From Escherichia coli (GTDB lineage: Bacteria > Pseudomonadota > Gammaproteobacteria > Enterobacterales > Enterobacteriaceae), in the NCBI RefSeq assembly GCF_003334385.1, contig NZ_QOWN01000026.1: a stretch of 64,000 nucleotides of DNA. One strand, given 5' to 3'. Within the stretch, counting starts at the first letter, position 1, and each line of letters starts with the position of its first letter. Of this stretch, positions 1 to 12,216 are shown piece by piece. The position numbers were made by a program, and so were the translations under genes. A model generated the notes under the pieces. It ran no database searches, was not told the DNA's origin, and saw nothing but the letters and a program-made list of their open reading frames with translations.

Positions 1-36
1 CGCTGACCCGGCGGCGTGTTTGCCGTTGTTCCGTGT

Positions 37-110
37 CAGTGGTGGCGCATTATAGGGAGTTATTCCGGCCTGACAAGCGAAAAATATAAAAACTTTATCG
101 TTCGCTCACT
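37..110 (-). promoter_or_regulatory. rRNA operon P1 promoter (probably rrnG), reading leftward out of the window
   Basis: Reverse complement of 37-76 reads TTGTCA-N16-TATAAT-GCGCCACC-A(+1), the canonical rrn P1 core with GC-rich discriminator; AT-rich UP-like element at about 77-100. rrnG assignment is from synteny with clpB only. Confidence 0.75.
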
Positions 111-159
111 TTTCAGGCAAAACATCTTAAATATAGTCTTTTCCGTCTAACTTATAGAC

Positions 160-188
160 AAAAACGAGCCCCGAAGGGCTCGTTTTAT
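160..188 (-). terminator. Intrinsic terminator downstream of clpB
   Basis: GC hairpin (GAGCCC-TTCGGG-GCTC) followed by a T-run on the minus strand, immediately 3' of the clpB stop. Confidence 0.7.
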
Positions 189-191
189 CAT

Positions 192-2765
192 TTACTGGAC
201 GGCGACAATCCGGTCTTCATTAACTTCCAGGCGAATCACTTTACCCGGAACCAATTCACCAGACAGTATTTGCTGTGCCAGCGGGTTTTCGATCTGCTGC
301 TGAATTGCACGTTTCAGAGGACGTGCACCATAGACCGGATCGTAACCGTTCTCGCTCAGCAGTTTCAGCGCCTCGTCAGAAATGTGGATTTCATAACCAC
401 GTTCTTCCAGACGTTTGTACAGACGTTTCAACTGAATCTGCGCAATCGAGGCAATGTGCTGTTCACCCAGCGGATGGAAGACCACCACTTCATCGATACG
501 GTTAATGAATTCCGGACGGAAGTTATGGCTTACCACACCGAGCACCAGCTCTTTCATGTGCGCATAATCCAGTTCACCGAAGCGTTCCTGAATCAGATCG
601 GAACCGAGGTTAGAGGTCATAATGACGACCGTATTACGGAAGTCGACCGTTCTCCCTTGCCCGTCAGTCAGACGCCCATCATCCAGTACCTGCAACAGAA
701 TGTTGAAGACATCCGGATGCGCTTTTTCCACTTCATCCAGCAGGATGACGGAATACGGACGACGACGCACCGCTTCGGTCAGGTAGCCACCTTCTTCATA
801 ACCGACATATCCCGGAGGCGCACCAACCAAACGAGACACCGAGTGTTTCTCCATAAACTCGGACATATCGATACGGACCATCGCCTCGTCGCTATCAAAC
901 ATAAAGTTCGCCAGCGCCTTACAAAGCTCTGTTTTCCCCACACCAGTTGGGCCGAGGAACAGGAATGAACCAATCGGGCGATTTGGATCCGCCAGCCCCG
1001 CACGGCTACGACGAATAGCGTTAGATACCGCATCAACCGCTTCGTTCTGACCAATTACGCGATGGTGCAGTTCTTGCTCCATACGCAGCAGTTTTTCGCG
1101 CTCGCTTTCCATCATGCGAGAAACCGGAATCCCCGTCCAACGCGCCAGCACTTCAGCAATTTCGGCGTCGGTCACTTTATTACGCAACAGACGCATAGTT
1201 TTGCCTTCGAGCTGCGTTGCGGCTTCCAGTTGCTTTTCCAGTTCCGGGATTTTGCCGTATTGCAGTTCAGACATCCGCGCCAGGTCCCCCACACGGCGAG
1301 CCTGTTCAATAGCGATTTTCGCCTGTTCCAGTTCCGCTTTAATGGTCTGCGTACCAGAAAGCGATGCCTTCTCTGCTTTCCACTCTTCTTCTAACTCGGA
1401 GTACTGACGTTCTTTGTCGCTCAGTTCTTCGTTGAGCATATCCAGACGTTTTTTACTGGCTTCATCAGACTCTTTCATTAACGCCTGTTGTTCCAGTTTG
1501 AGCTGGATGATACGACGATCGAGTCGGTCGAGTTCTTCTGGTTTTGAGTCAATCTGCATACGAATGCTGGATGCTGCTTCATCGATCAGGTCGATGGCTT
1601 TATCCGGCAGCTGACGGTCAGCAATGTAGCGATGAGACAACGTCGCCGCTGCAACAATTGCCGGGTCAGTAATTTGCACATGGTGGTGCAATTCGTAACG
1701 TTCTTTCAGGCCACGCAGAATCGCAATGGTATCTTCAACAGAAGGCTCGGCAACAAACACTTTCTGGAAACGACGTTCCAGCGCAGCATCTTTTTCAATG
1801 TACTGGCGATATTCGTCAAGCGTCGTGGCACCTACGCAGTGCAATTCACCACGCGCCAGCGCCGGTTTCAGCATGTTTCCGGCGTCCATTGCGCCATCGG
1901 CTTTACCCGCGCCGACCATGGTATGTAATTCGTCGATAAATAGGATGACGTTGCCTTCCTGTTTGGCAAGATCGTTAAGCACGCCTTTTAAACGTTCTTC
2001 AAACTCACCGCGATATTTCGCCCCAGCCACCAGCGCGCCCATATCCAGCGCCAGTACCCGGCGGCCTTTCAACCCTTCCGGCACTTCGCCGTTGATAATA
2101 CGCTGCGCCAGACCTTCAACGATGGCAGTTTTACCGACGCCGGGTTCACCAATCAGTACCGGGTTATTTTTAGTACGACGTTGCAGCACCTGAATGGTAC
2201 GGCGAATTTCTTCATCACGACCAATCACCGGATCGAGTTTGCCCTGTTCGGCTCGTTCGGTAAGGTCGATGGTATATTTTTTCAAAGCCTGACGTTGGTC
2301 TTCAGCACCTTGATCGTTCACGCTTTCACCTCCACGCATTTGTTCAATCGCTTGAGTAATGTTGGCGGTGGTCGCCCCTGCTGCTTTCAGGATGTCGGCC
2401 AGCGTGCCGCGAGACTCAAGTGCCGCCAGAACGAACAGTTCTGACGAGATAAAGTTATCACCACGTTTTTGCGCCAGCTTGTCGCAAAGATTAAGAACGC
2501 GCACCAGATCCTGTGATGGCTGGACATCACCACCAGTACCTTCAACCTGCGGTAAACGATTTAATGCCTGATTGATATCTGTGCGCAACTGGCCAGCATT
2601 TATGCCAGCGGATGTTAATAAAGGACTAACCGAACCCCCTTCCTGATTCAGCAGGGCGCTCATTAAATGAAGTGGTTCGATAAATTGGTTGTCGTGCCCG
2701 AGTGCAAGTGATTGGGCATCGGCAAGAGCAAGCTGGAATTTATTAGTAAGACGATCCAGACGCAT
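192..2765 (-). CDS. clpB: ClpB disaggregase (AAA+ chaperone, Hsp100)
   Basis: 861-aa ORF with two Walker A motifs ([16 protein letters not shown]); I place the start at the internal [10 protein letters not shown] methionine, giving 857 aa. Confidence 0.97.
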
Positions 2766-2799
2766 AACTCCTCCCATAACGGATCAAAGTTGCTACTGG

Positions 2800-2835
2800 A
2801 GATTAAATGAGGTCATCCCTCAATTATTCAAGGTT
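2800..2835 (-). promoter_or_regulatory. sigma32 heat-shock promoter of clpB
   Basis: Minus strand reads CTTGAAT (-35) ... CCTCATTTA (-10), matching sigma32 consensus CTTGAA / CCCCATnT, upstream of the clpB start. Confidence 0.7.
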
Positions 2836-2894
2836 ATTGACCAGATTAATGTGAAAAGAAAATCACGCGTACCGGATCGTCTTGATTCTTTAGG

Positions 2895-3626
2895 TTATAT
2901 CAGCCAAATGAAACTTGCCATACGACCGGTGGTCTTGTCGCGACGATAAGAGAAGAAAGTCTCATTTTCCGTATATGTACAACGGTCGCCGCCGAAAATT
3001 TGCTCAACACCCACGTTCGCCAGACGCTGCCGGGCAAGCTGATAAATATCCGCCAGATACTTATCACCATGCTGAATGAAAGCTGCACTTGCTTTAGCGT
3101 CTACTGCCATAAACGCCTCGCGAACCTCCCCCCCCACTTCGAACGCGCGTGGACCAATTGCCGGCCCTAACCAGGCGAGAATATTTTCCGGATTATCAGC
3201 AAAACAGGAAACCGTCTCTTCCAGCACGCCTGCGCACAGTCCACGCCAGCCAGCATGAGCGGCGGCGACTTCCGTTCCCGCTCGATTGCAAAACAGCACA
3301 GGGAGGCAGTCGGCAGTCATCACTGCGCAAACCGTGCCGGGCGTATTGCTATAAGAGGCATCCGCCCGTTTTGAGGCATAAGGTTCGCCAGTGAGCTTAA
3401 GCACATCTTTGCCGTGTACCTGCTCAAGCCAGACCGGTTTAGAAGGCAAATTGCCCGCAGCAAAAAGTCGCTTGCGATTCTCCTCAACGTGATCCGGGTT
3501 ATCGCCACAATGGGCACCGAGGTTGAGTGAGTCATACGGGGGCAAGCTCACGCCGCCGATACGAGTGGAGCTACAGGCCGCAACACCTTTTGGCTGCGGC
3601 CACTGCGGGACAATCAGCTTACTCAT
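2895..3626 (-). CDS. yfiH: YfiH/PgeF family protein (purine nucleoside phosphorylase / laccase-like)
   Basis: 243-aa ORF recognised as YfiH; 4-nt overlap with the start of rluD (operon). Confidence 0.9.
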   Translation of the reverse strand: MSKLIVPQWPQPKGVAACSSTRIGGVSLPPYDSLNLGAHCGDNPDHVEENRKRLFAAGNLPSKPVWLEQVHGKDVLKLTGEPYASKRADASYSNTPGTVCAVMTADCLPVLFCNRAGTEVAAAHAGWRGLCAGVLEETVSCFADNPENILAWLGPAIGPRAFEVGGEVREAFMAVDAKASAAFIQHGDKYLADIYQLARQRLANVGVEQIFGGDRCTYTENETFFSYRRDKTTGRMASFIWLI

Positions 3627-4603
3627 AACCAGTCCACTTCATCCTTATGTTCTTCGAAATCGGCGCGCATCACCTCAATCAGCTCCACCATATCTTGTGG
3701 AATAGGCGCATGCCATTCCATTTCGATGCCGGAGATCGGGTGATAAAGACGCAGCATGGTTGCATGTAGCGCCTGGCGGTCAAACTTACGCAGCGTGGAG
3801 ATAAATGCTTCCGAAGCACCTTTTGGCGGACGCGGACGGCCACCATAAACCGGATCGCCCACCAGCGGATGAGTGATATGGGCCATATGCACGCGGATCT
3901 GGTGCGTACGTCCAGTTTCCAGACGCAACCGCAGACGCGTGTGCACACGGAAGTGTTCCATGATGCGATAGTGAGTCACCGCTGGTTTGCCCATCGGATG
4001 CACCGCCATATGGGTACGTTTGGTCGGGTGGCGACTGATTGGCTCGTCCACCGTGCCACCTGCGGTCATATGACCAATCGCCACCGCTTCATACTCACGA
4101 GTAATTTCACGCCGTTGCAAAGATTCGACTAAACGCGTCTGAGCCGGAACGGTTTTTGCCACAACCATCAGGCCAGTGGTGTCTTTATCCAGACGATGGA
4201 CGATGCCCGCACGCGGTACATCGGCAATGGGTGGATAGTAATGAAGCAACGCATTCAGTACCGTGCCATCCGGGTTACCCGCGCCAGGATGTACCACCAG
4301 GTCGCGCGGTTTATTAATGATAATAATGTCTTCATCTTCATAGACGATATCCAGCGGGATATCCTGCGGTTCAAAACGCGCTTCTTCTTCAATCTCAGCG
4401 TTGATGGCAACCTGCTCGCCACCCAATACTTTTTCTTTCGGCTTATCACAAACTTTGCCGTTAACCAGCACTCGCTGGTCGAGGATCCATTCTTTTATTC
4501 GCGAACGTGAATAATCCGGGAACATTTCGGCCAAAGCCTGATCTAAGCGTTGACCGAGTTGGTTTTCGGACACCGTTGCAGTGAGCTGTACTCGTTGTGC
4601 CAT
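3623..4603 (-). CDS. rluD: 23S rRNA pseudouridine synthase RluD
   Basis: 326-aa ORF with an S4-like N-terminus and RluA-family catalytic motif (HRLDKDTTG). Confidence 0.95.
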   Translation of the reverse strand: MAQRVQLTATVSENQLGQRLDQALAEMFPDYSRSRIKEWILDQRVLVNGKVCDKPKEKVLGGEQVAINAEIEEEARFEPQDIPLDIVYEDEDIIIINKPRDLVVHPGAGNPDGTVLNALLHYYPPIADVPRAGIVHRLDKDTTGLMVVAKTVPAQTRLVESLQRREITREYEAVAIGHMTAGGTVDEPISRHPTKRTHMAVHPMGKPAVTHYRIMEHFRVHTRLRLRLETGRTHQIRVHMAHITHPLVGDPVYGGRPRPPKGASEAFISTLRKFDRQALHATMLRLYHPISGIEMEWHAPIPQDMVELIEVMRADFEEHKDEVDWL

Positions 4604-4737
4604 ATATACTGCTTCTTCGTTTATCGTTGGGGTTTTACGGCTTTGCCGTTTAATATAGTGTGCTATTGTAGCTGGTCTTAACCGGGAGCAGGAACAGAGA
4701 ATCTCCCGTATTACATTTTGAGGAAAGTCAAAACGTC

Positions 4738-5475
4738 ATGACGCGCATGAAATATCTGGTGGCAGCCGCCACACTAAGCCTGTTTTTGGCGGGTTGCTCG
4801 GGGTCAAAGGAAGAAGTACCTGATAATCCGCCAAATGAAATTTACGCGACTGCACAACAAAAGCTGCAGGACGGTAACTGGAGACAGGCAATAACGCAAC
4901 TGGAAGCGTTAGATAATCGCTATCCGTTTGGTCCGTATTCGCAGCAGGTGCAGCTGGATCTCATCTACGCCTACTATAAAAACGCCGATTTGCCGTTAGC
5001 ACAGGCTGCCATCGATCGTTTTATTCGCCTTAACCCGACCCATCCGAATATCGATTATGTCATGTACATGCGTGGCCTGACCAATATGGCGCTGGATGAC
5101 AGTGCGCTGCAAGGGTTCTTTGGCGTCGATCGTAGCGATCGCGATCCTCAACATGCACGAGCTGCGTTTAGTGACTTTTCCAAACTGGTGCGCGGCTATC
5201 CGAACAGTCAGTACACCACCGATGCCACCAAACGTCTGGTATTCCTGAAAGATCGTCTGGCGAAATATGAATACTCCGTGGCCGAGTACTATACAGAACG
5301 TGGCGCATGGGTTGCCGTCGTTAACCGCGTAGAAGGCATGTTGCGCGACTACCCGGATACCCAGGCTACGCGTGATGCGCTGCCGCTGATGGAAAATGCA
5401 TACCGTCAGATGCAGATGAATGCGCAAGCTGAAAAAGTAGCGAAAATCATCGCCGCAAACAGCAGCAATACATAA
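4738..5475 (+). CDS. bamD: Outer-membrane protein assembly factor BamD (TPR lipoprotein)
   Basis: 245-aa ORF with lipoprotein signal peptide (LFLAGCSG), recognised as BamD/YfiO. Confidence 0.95.
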
Positions 5476-5492
5476 CAGAAACCTGAAACACA

Positions 5493-5522
5493 AAACGGCA
5501 GCCCTTGAGCTGCCGTTTTTTT
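5493..5522 (+). terminator. Intrinsic terminator after bamD
   Basis: Hairpin GGCAGCCC-TTGA-GCTGCC followed by TTTTTTT. Confidence 0.7.
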
Positions 5523-5691
5523 ATTCTGTCAGTTGTGAAACTGAAGCGATTTAGTCGCTATCGATCTCATCAAATATGGCTCGCTTTGAGATATTCCTCA
5601 AGTAAAAAAACATCTCTTCCTGCGATTTCTCACAAAAAAGATTCGTTGACAAAAAGTGACAAAATTATGAGATTTTCATCACACATTTTGA

Positions 5692-6087
<396 letters not shown>

Positions 6088-6099
6088 TCCTTTATATTG

Positions 6100-6128
6100 A
6101 GTGTATCGCCAACGCGCCTTCGGGCGCG
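6100..6128 (+). terminator. Intrinsic terminator after raiA
   Basis: Hairpin AACGCGCC-TTCG-GGCGCGTT followed by a T-run. Confidence 0.7.
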
Positions 6129-6160
6129 TTTTTTGTTGACAGCGTGAAAACAGTACGGGT
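6126..6160 (+). promoter_or_regulatory. Putative pheL-pheA promoter
   Basis: TTGACA hexamer at about 6126-6131 upstream of the leader peptide; -10 element not precisely assigned. Confidence 0.4.
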
Positions 6161-6190
6161 ACTGTACTAAAGTCACTTAAGGAAACAAAC

Positions 6191-6238
6191 ATGAAACACA
6201 TACCGTTTTTCTTCGCATTCTTTTTTACCTTCCCCTGA
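6191..6238 (+). CDS. pheL: pheA leader peptide (Phe-rich attenuation peptide)
   Basis: 15-codon [18 protein letters not shown] with 7 Phe codons; too short for the ORF track. Confidence 0.9.
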
Positions 6239-6284
6239 ATGGGAGGCGTTTCGTCGTGTGAAACAGAATGCGAAGACGAACAAT

Positions 6285-6316
6285 AAGGCCTCCCAAATCG
6301 GGGGGCCTTTTTTATT
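6285..6316 (+). terminator. pheA attenuator terminator
   Basis: Hairpin AAGGCCTCCC-AAATC-GGGGGGCCTT followed by a T-run between pheL and pheA. Confidence 0.8.
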
Positions 6317-6336
6317 GATAACAAAAAGGCAACACT

Positions 6337-7497
6337 ATGACATCGGAAAACCCGTTACTGGCGCTGCGAGAGAAAATCAGCGCGCTGGATGAAAAATTAT
6401 TAGCGTTACTGGCAGAACGGCGCGAACTGGCCGTCGAGGTGGGAAAAGCCAAACTGCTCTCGCATCGCCCGGTACGTGATATTGATCGTGAACGCGATTT
6501 GCTGGAAAGATTAATTACGCTCGGTAAAGCGCACCATCTGGACGCCCATTACATTACTCGCCTGTTCCAGCTCATCATTGAAGATTCCGTATTAACTCAG
6601 CAGGCTTTGCTCCAACAACATCTCAATAAAATTAATCCGCACTCAGCACGCATCGCTTTTCTCGGCCCCAAAGGTTCTTATTCCCATCTTGCGGCGCGCC
6701 AGTATGCTGCCCGTCACTTTGAGCAATTCATTGAAAGTGGCTGCGCCAAATTTGCCGATATTTTTAATCAGGTGGAAACCGGCCAGGCCGACTATGCCGT
6801 CGTACCGATTGAAAATACCAGCTCCGGTGCCATAAACGACGTTTACGATCTGCTGCAACATACCAGCTTGTCGATTGTTGGCGAGATGACGTTAACTATC
6901 GACCATTGTTTGTTGGTCTCCGGCACTACTGATTTATCCACCATCAATACGGTCTACAGCCATCCGCAGCCATTCCAGCAATGCAGCAAATTCCTTAATC
7001 GTTATCCGCACTGGAAGATTGAATATACCGAAAGTACGTCTGCGGCAATGGAAAAGGTTGCACAGGCAAAATCACCGCATGTTGCTGCGTTGGGAAGCGA
7101 AGCTGGCGGCACTTTGTACGGTTTGCAGGTACTGGAGCGTATTGAAGCAAATCAGCGACAAAACTTCACCCGATTTGTGGTGTTGGCGCGTAAAGCCATT
7201 AACGTGTCTGATCAGGTTCCGGCGAAAACCACGTTGTTAATGGCGACCGGGCAACAAGCCGGTGCGCTGGTTGAAGCGTTGCTGGTACTGCGCAACCACA
7301 ATCTGATTATGACCCGTCTGGAATCACGCCCGATTCACGGTAATCCATGGGAAGAGATGTTCTATCTGGATATTCAGGCCAATCTTGAATCAGCGGAAAT
7401 GCAAAAAGCATTGAAAGAGTTAGGGGAAATCACCCGTTCAATGAAGGTATTGGGCTGTTACCCAAGTGAGAACGTAGTGCCTGTTGATCCAACCTGA
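6337..7497 (+). CDS. pheA: Bifunctional chorismate mutase / prephenate dehydratase
   Basis: 386-aa ORF recognised as PheA. Confidence 0.97.
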
Positions 7498-7500
7498 TGA

Positions 7501-7532
7501 AAAGGTGCCGGATGATGTGAATCATCCGGCAC
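7501..7532. terminator. Bidirectional terminator between convergent pheA and tyrA
   Basis: Palindrome GCCGGATGATG-TGAAT-CATCCGGC between the two stop codons. Confidence 0.7.
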
Positions 7533-7539
7533 TGGATTA

Positions 7540-8661
7540 TTACTGGCGATTGTCATTCGCCTGACGCAATAACACGCGGCTTTCACTCTGAAAACGCTGT
7601 GCGTAATCGCCGAACCAGTGCTCCACCTTGCGGAAACTGTCAATAAACGCCTGCTTATCGCCCTGCTCCAGCAACTCAATCGCCTCGCCGAAACGCTTAT
7701 AGTAACGTTTGATTAACGCCAGATTACGCTCTGACGACATAATGATGTCGGCATAAAGCTGCGGATCCTGAGCAAACAGTCGCCCGACCATCGCCAGCTC
7801 AAGGCGGTAAATCGGCGAAGAGAGCGCCAGAAGTTGCTCAAGCTGAACATTTTCTTCTGCCAGGTGCAGCCCGTAAGCAAAAGTAGCAAAGTGGCGCAGT
7901 GCCTGAATAAACGCCATATTCTGATCGTGCTCGACGGCGCTAATACGATGCAGTCGAGCGCCCCAGACCTGAATTTGCTCCAGAAACCATTGGTATGCTT
8001 CCGGTTTACGTCCATCACACCAGACCACAACTTGCTTTGCCAGGCTACCGCTGTCCGGACCGAACATCGGGTGTAGCCCCAGCACCGGACCATCATGCGC
8101 CACCAGCATGGCCTGTAATGGCCCATTTTTCACTGATGCCAGATCGACCAGAATACAATCTTTCGGTAAAGGCGGTAATTTGCCAATAACTTGCTCAGTA
8201 ACGTGGATTGGCACACTAACAATCACCATTCCGGCATCGGCAACAATATCAGCCGCTCGATCCCAGTCATGTTGCTCCAGAATCCGCACCTGATAACCCG
8301 AGAGGGTCAGCATCTTCTCGAACAGGCGTCCCATCTGACCGCCACCGCCGACGATAACCACCGGACGCAGTGACGGACAAAGTGTTTTAAATCCTTTGTC
8401 GTTTTCACTGGAGTAAGATTCACGCATCACCCGACGCAAAACATCCTCAATCAGATCTGGCGGTACACCCAGAGCTTCCGCCTCTGCACGACGCGAGGCC
8501 AACATAGATGCCTCGCGCTCCGGAACATAAATAGGCAGTCCAAAGCGGCTTTTCACCTCGCCCACTTCAGCAACCAGTTCCAGACGCTTCGCTAATAAAT
8601 TCAGCAGCGCTTTATCGACTTCATCAATTTGATCGCGTAATGCGGTCAATTCAGCAACCAT
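7540..8661 (-). CDS. tyrA: Bifunctional chorismate mutase / prephenate dehydrogenase
   Basis: 373-aa ORF recognised as TyrA. Confidence 0.97.
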   Translation of the reverse strand: MVAELTALRDQIDEVDKALLNLLAKRLELVAEVGEVKSRFGLPIYVPEREASMLASRRAEAEALGVPPDLIEDVLRRVMRESYSSENDKGFKTLCPSLRPVVIVGGGGQMGRLFEKMLTLSGYQVRILEQHDWDRAADIVADAGMVIVSVPIHVTEQVIGKLPPLPKDCILVDLASVKNGPLQAMLVAHDGPVLGLHPMFGPDSGSLAKQVVVWCDGRKPEAYQWFLEQIQVWGARLHRISAVEHDQNMAFIQALRHFATFAYGLHLAEENVQLEQLLALSSPIYRLELAMVGRLFAQDPQLYADIIMSSERNLALIKRYYKRFGEAIELLEQGDKQAFIDSFRKVEHWFGDYAQRFQSESRVLLRQANDNRQ

Positions 8662-8671
8662 AATAAACCTC

Positions 8672-9742
8672 TTAAGCCACGCGAGCCGTCAGCTGCCCGT
8701 TCAGATCCTGATGAATTTCACGCAGCAAGGCATCGGTCATTTCCCAGCTAATGCAGGCATCGGTTACGGATACACCGTATTTCATTTCACTGCGCGGTTG
8801 CTCGGAAGACTGATTGCCCTCGTGGATATTACTTTCGATCATCAGACCAATAATTGAGCGATTGCCATCTTTGATTTGAGCAACCACGGATTCTGCCACC
8901 GCAGGCTGACGGCGATAATCTTTATTGGAATTACCGTGGCTGCAATCTACCATCAGAGACGGGCGCAGTCCCGCCTGTTCCATCTCTTTTTCACATTGCG
9001 CAACATCCGCAGGGCTATAGTTCGGCGCTTTACCACCGCGCAGGATCACATGGCCGTCCGGATTCCCCTGAGTTTGTAGCAACGCAACCTGCCCTGCCTG
9101 GTTAATGCCAACAAAACGGTGCGGCTGGGCGGCGGCGCGCATAGCGTTAATTGCTGTTGCCAGACTGCCGTCGGTGCCGTTTTTAAAACCAACCGGCATG
9201 GAAAGCCCGGAGGCCATTTCACGGTGAGTTTGCGATTCCGTTGTACGAGCACCAATTGCTGACCAGCTAAACAGATCGCCCAGGTATTGCGGGCTATTCG
9301 GATCTAACGCTTCCGTCGCCAGTGGCAGTCCCATATTCACCAGCTCAAGCAGCAATTTACGCGCGATCTGCAGCCCGGCTTCTACATCAAAAGAGCCATC
9401 CATATGGGGATCGTTAATTAACCCTTTCCAGCCGACAGTGGTACGGGGTTTTTCAAAATAGACGCGCATTACCAGATAGAGGCTATCGCTGACCTCTGCG
9501 GCAAGGGCTTTAAATCGACGAGCATATTCCAGAGCAGTTTCCGGATCATGAATGGAACAAGGACCACATACTACCAGCAGACGAGGATCGCGCCCGGCGA
9601 TAATATCTGAAATGCTTTTACGCGAGTCAGCAATCTGGGCTTCTTGTTGCAGGCTCAATGGAAAAGCGGCCTTCAGTTGTTCCGGAGTCATTAAAACCTG
9701 TTCGTCGGTAATATGTACGTTATTCAGCGCGTCTTTTTGCAT
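8672..9742 (-). CDS. aroF: Tyr-sensitive DAHP synthase
   Basis: ORF track gives 379 aa; start placed at internal [12 protein letters not shown] to give the expected 356 aa. Confidence 0.95.
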   Translation of the reverse strand: MQKDALNNVHITDEQVLMTPEQLKAAFPLSLQQEAQIADSRKSISDIIAGRDPRLLVVCGPCSIHDPETALEYARRFKALAAEVSDSLYLVMRVYFEKPRTTVGWKGLINDPHMDGSFDVEAGLQIARKLLLELVNMGLPLATEALDPNSPQYLGDLFSWSAIGARTTESQTHREMASGLSMPVGFKNGTDGSLATAINAMRAAAQPHRFVGINQAGQVALLQTQGNPDGHVILRGGKAPNYSPADVAQCEKEMEQAGLRPSLMVDCSHGNSNKDYRRQPAVAESVVAQIKDGNRSIIGLMIESNIHEGNQSSEQPRSEMKYGVSVTDACISWEMTDALLREIHQDLNGQLTARVA

Positions 9743-9837
9743 GATGGCGATCCTGTTTATGCTCGTTTGCGATAGTTGATCCTCAGCGAGGATGACGTAA
9801 CGATAACACATAAAGTAAAGTTTTCAATCCATATTTC

Positions 9838-9906
9838 GTACACTTTTATTTACACAGGCAATTTAGTCGCGCTTTCAACCCTTACCTCTGTATAGATAAA
9901 TTTACA
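9838..9906. promoter_or_regulatory. Putative TyrR boxes in the aroF-tyrA promoter region
   Basis: TGTATAGATAAATTTACA at 9889-9906 and TGTAAATAAAAGTGTAC (reverse) at about 9838-9855 match TGTAAA-N6-TTTACA. Confidence 0.6.
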
Positions 9907-9951
9907 CTCCCTTTGAAAACAATCCGCTATGCTTTGAAAAAGGAGAAAGAA

Positions 9952-10317
9952 ATGATGAAAAAGTTTATCGCCCCCTTGTTGGCTTTACTGGTTAGCGGAT
10001 GTCAGATTGATCCTTATACTCACGCGCCAACCTTGACCAGCACCGACTGGTATGATGTCGGTATGGAAGATGCGATATCGGGCAGCGCCATAAAAGATGA
10101 CGATGCATTTAGCGATTCACAGGCGGATCGCGGTCTATACCTTAAAGGATATGCCGAAGGACAAAAGAAAACTTGCCAGACCGATTTTACTTATGCCCGA
10201 GGACTTTCCGGTAAAAGCTTTCCTGCCAGCTGCAACAATGTTGAAAATGCCAGCCAACTGCATGAAGTATGGCAAAAAGGGGCTGATGAAAATGCCAGCA
10301 CAATACGATTAAATTAA
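9952..10317 (+). CDS. yfiL: Lipoprotein YfiL (DUF2799)
   Basis: ORF 9913-10317; start chosen at MMKKFIAPLLALLVSGC, which gives a lipoprotein signal peptide. Confidence 0.85.
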   Translation: MMKKFIAPLLALLVSGCQIDPYTHAPTLTSTDWYDVGMEDAISGSAIKDDDAFSDSQADRGLYLKGYAEGQKKTCQTDFTYARGLSGKSFPASCNNVENASQLHEVWQKGADENASTIRLN

Positions 10318-10466
10318 TTAAAACCCCACAAATAAATTAAACATAAGATTTTACTCATTGTGTTTTATTTCTCACATTGATGACGGTCGCATGAAAAAAT
10401 GATATTTTAATGAGCATTCTGAAAAAATATCGATGCATTTCGAGCGAAGATGGTGGGGATCCCTGA

Positions 10467-10985
10467 ATGCGTTTTTCTCACCGACTGTTCTTACTTCTGA
10501 TTCTCCTGCTGACGGGAGCACCAATACTCGCTCAGGAGCCTTCTGACGTTGCGAAAAACGTGCGTATGATGGTTTCCGGTATTGTCAGTTACACCCGCTG
10601 GCCTGCGCTATCAGGGCCACCAAAGTTATGTATCTTTTCATCTTCACGTTTTAGTACCGCCCTACAAGAGAATGCCGCGACATCTTTGCCTTATCTGCCT
10701 GTCATCATTCACACTCAACAAGAGGCGATGATTTCAGGCTGCAATGGTTTTTATTTTGGCAACGAGTCACCGACATTCCAGATGGAATTAACCGAACAAT
10801 ATCCGTCAAAGGCGTTATTATTAATTGCCGAACAAAATACCGAGTGCATTATTGGTAGCGCCTTTTGTCTGATCATCCACAATAATGACGTCAGATTTGC
10901 CGTAAACCTGGATGCCTTATCGCGTAGCGGTGTAAAGGTCAACCCGGATGTCTTAATGCTCGCACGGAAGAAAAATGATGGATAA
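10467..10985 (+). CDS. yfiR: Periplasmic repressor of DgcN (YfiR)
   Basis: 172-aa ORF with signal peptide, recognised as YfiR; first gene of yfiR-dgcN-yfiB. Confidence 0.9.
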
Positions 10986-12201
10986 CGATAATTCTCTTAA
11001 TAAGCGCCCCACGTTTAAAAGAGCATTACGCAACATCAGTATGACCAGCATATTTATCACTATGATGCTGATCTGGTTGCTGCTTTCCGTGACCTCGGTG
11101 CTGACCCTGAAACAGTACGCGCAAAAAAACCTGGCACTGACAGCAGCAACAATGACTTACAGTCTGGAAGCAGCTGTCGTTTTTGCCGATGGCCCTGCAG
11201 CAACTGAAACACTGGCAGCGCTGGGCCAGCAAGGGCAATTTTCAACTGCAGAAGTACGTGATAAGCAGCAAAATATTCTGGCATCCTGGCATTACACCCG
11301 TAAGGATCCAGGCGATACTTTCAGTAATTTCATAAGCCACTGGCTCTTCCCTGCCCCCATCATTCAGCCGATTCGTCACAATGGTGAAACCATTGGCGAA
11401 GTACGCTTAACCGCTCGCGACAGTTCAATCAGCCATTTTATCTGGTTTTCGCTCGCCGTACTGACCGGTTGTATTCTGCTGGCATCAGGCATCGCAATTA
11501 CCCTCACCCGCCATTTGCACAATGGCCTGGTAGAAGCGCTGAAAAATATCACCGATGTCGTACATGATGTGCGTTCCAACCGCAATTTTTCCCGACGAGT
11601 TTCGGAAGAACGTATCGCTGAGTTTCACCGCTTCGCTCTCGACTTCAACAGTCTGCTGGATGAAATGGAAGAGTGGCAACTTCGTTTACAGGCTAAAAAT
11701 GCGCAGCTTCTACGTACCGCGCTACATGACCCATTAACCGGGCTGGCTAACCGCGCAGCGTTTCGTAGCGGCATCAACACGTTGATGAACAATTCCGATG
11801 CCCGAAAAACGTCGGCGTTACTATTTCTTGATGGCGATAATTTCAAATACATCAATGATACCTGGGGTCATGCGACGGGCGATAGAGTCTTGATTGAAAT
11901 CGCAAAACGGTTAGCTGAATTTGGCGGGCTGCGACATAAAGCATACCGCCTGGGCGGCGATGAATTCGCTATGGTGCTCTATGATGTACAGTCGGAATCT
12001 GAAGTGCAGCAGATATGTTCAGCACTGACACAAATCTTTAATCTCCCGTTTGATCTTCATAATGGCCATCAGACCACCATGACATTAAGCATTGGTTACG
12101 CGATGACCATTGAGCACGCCTCTGCGGAAAAATTACAAGAGCTTGCCGATCACAATATGTATCAGGCCAAACACCAGCGTGCCGAAAAGCTGGTGAGATA
12201 A
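10975..12201 (+). CDS. dgcN: Membrane diguanylate cyclase DgcN (YfiN)
   Basis: 408-aa ORF with two TM segments and a GGDEF domain (RLGGDEF); overlaps the yfiR stop. Confidence 0.93.
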
Positions 12202-12216
12202 CAAGGATATATCGAT

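Noticed and set aside
270-968. 232-aa plus-strand ORF (and several others up to 2571) inside clpB
   Set aside because: Antisense to a highly conserved, codon-biased gene; typical shadow ORF.
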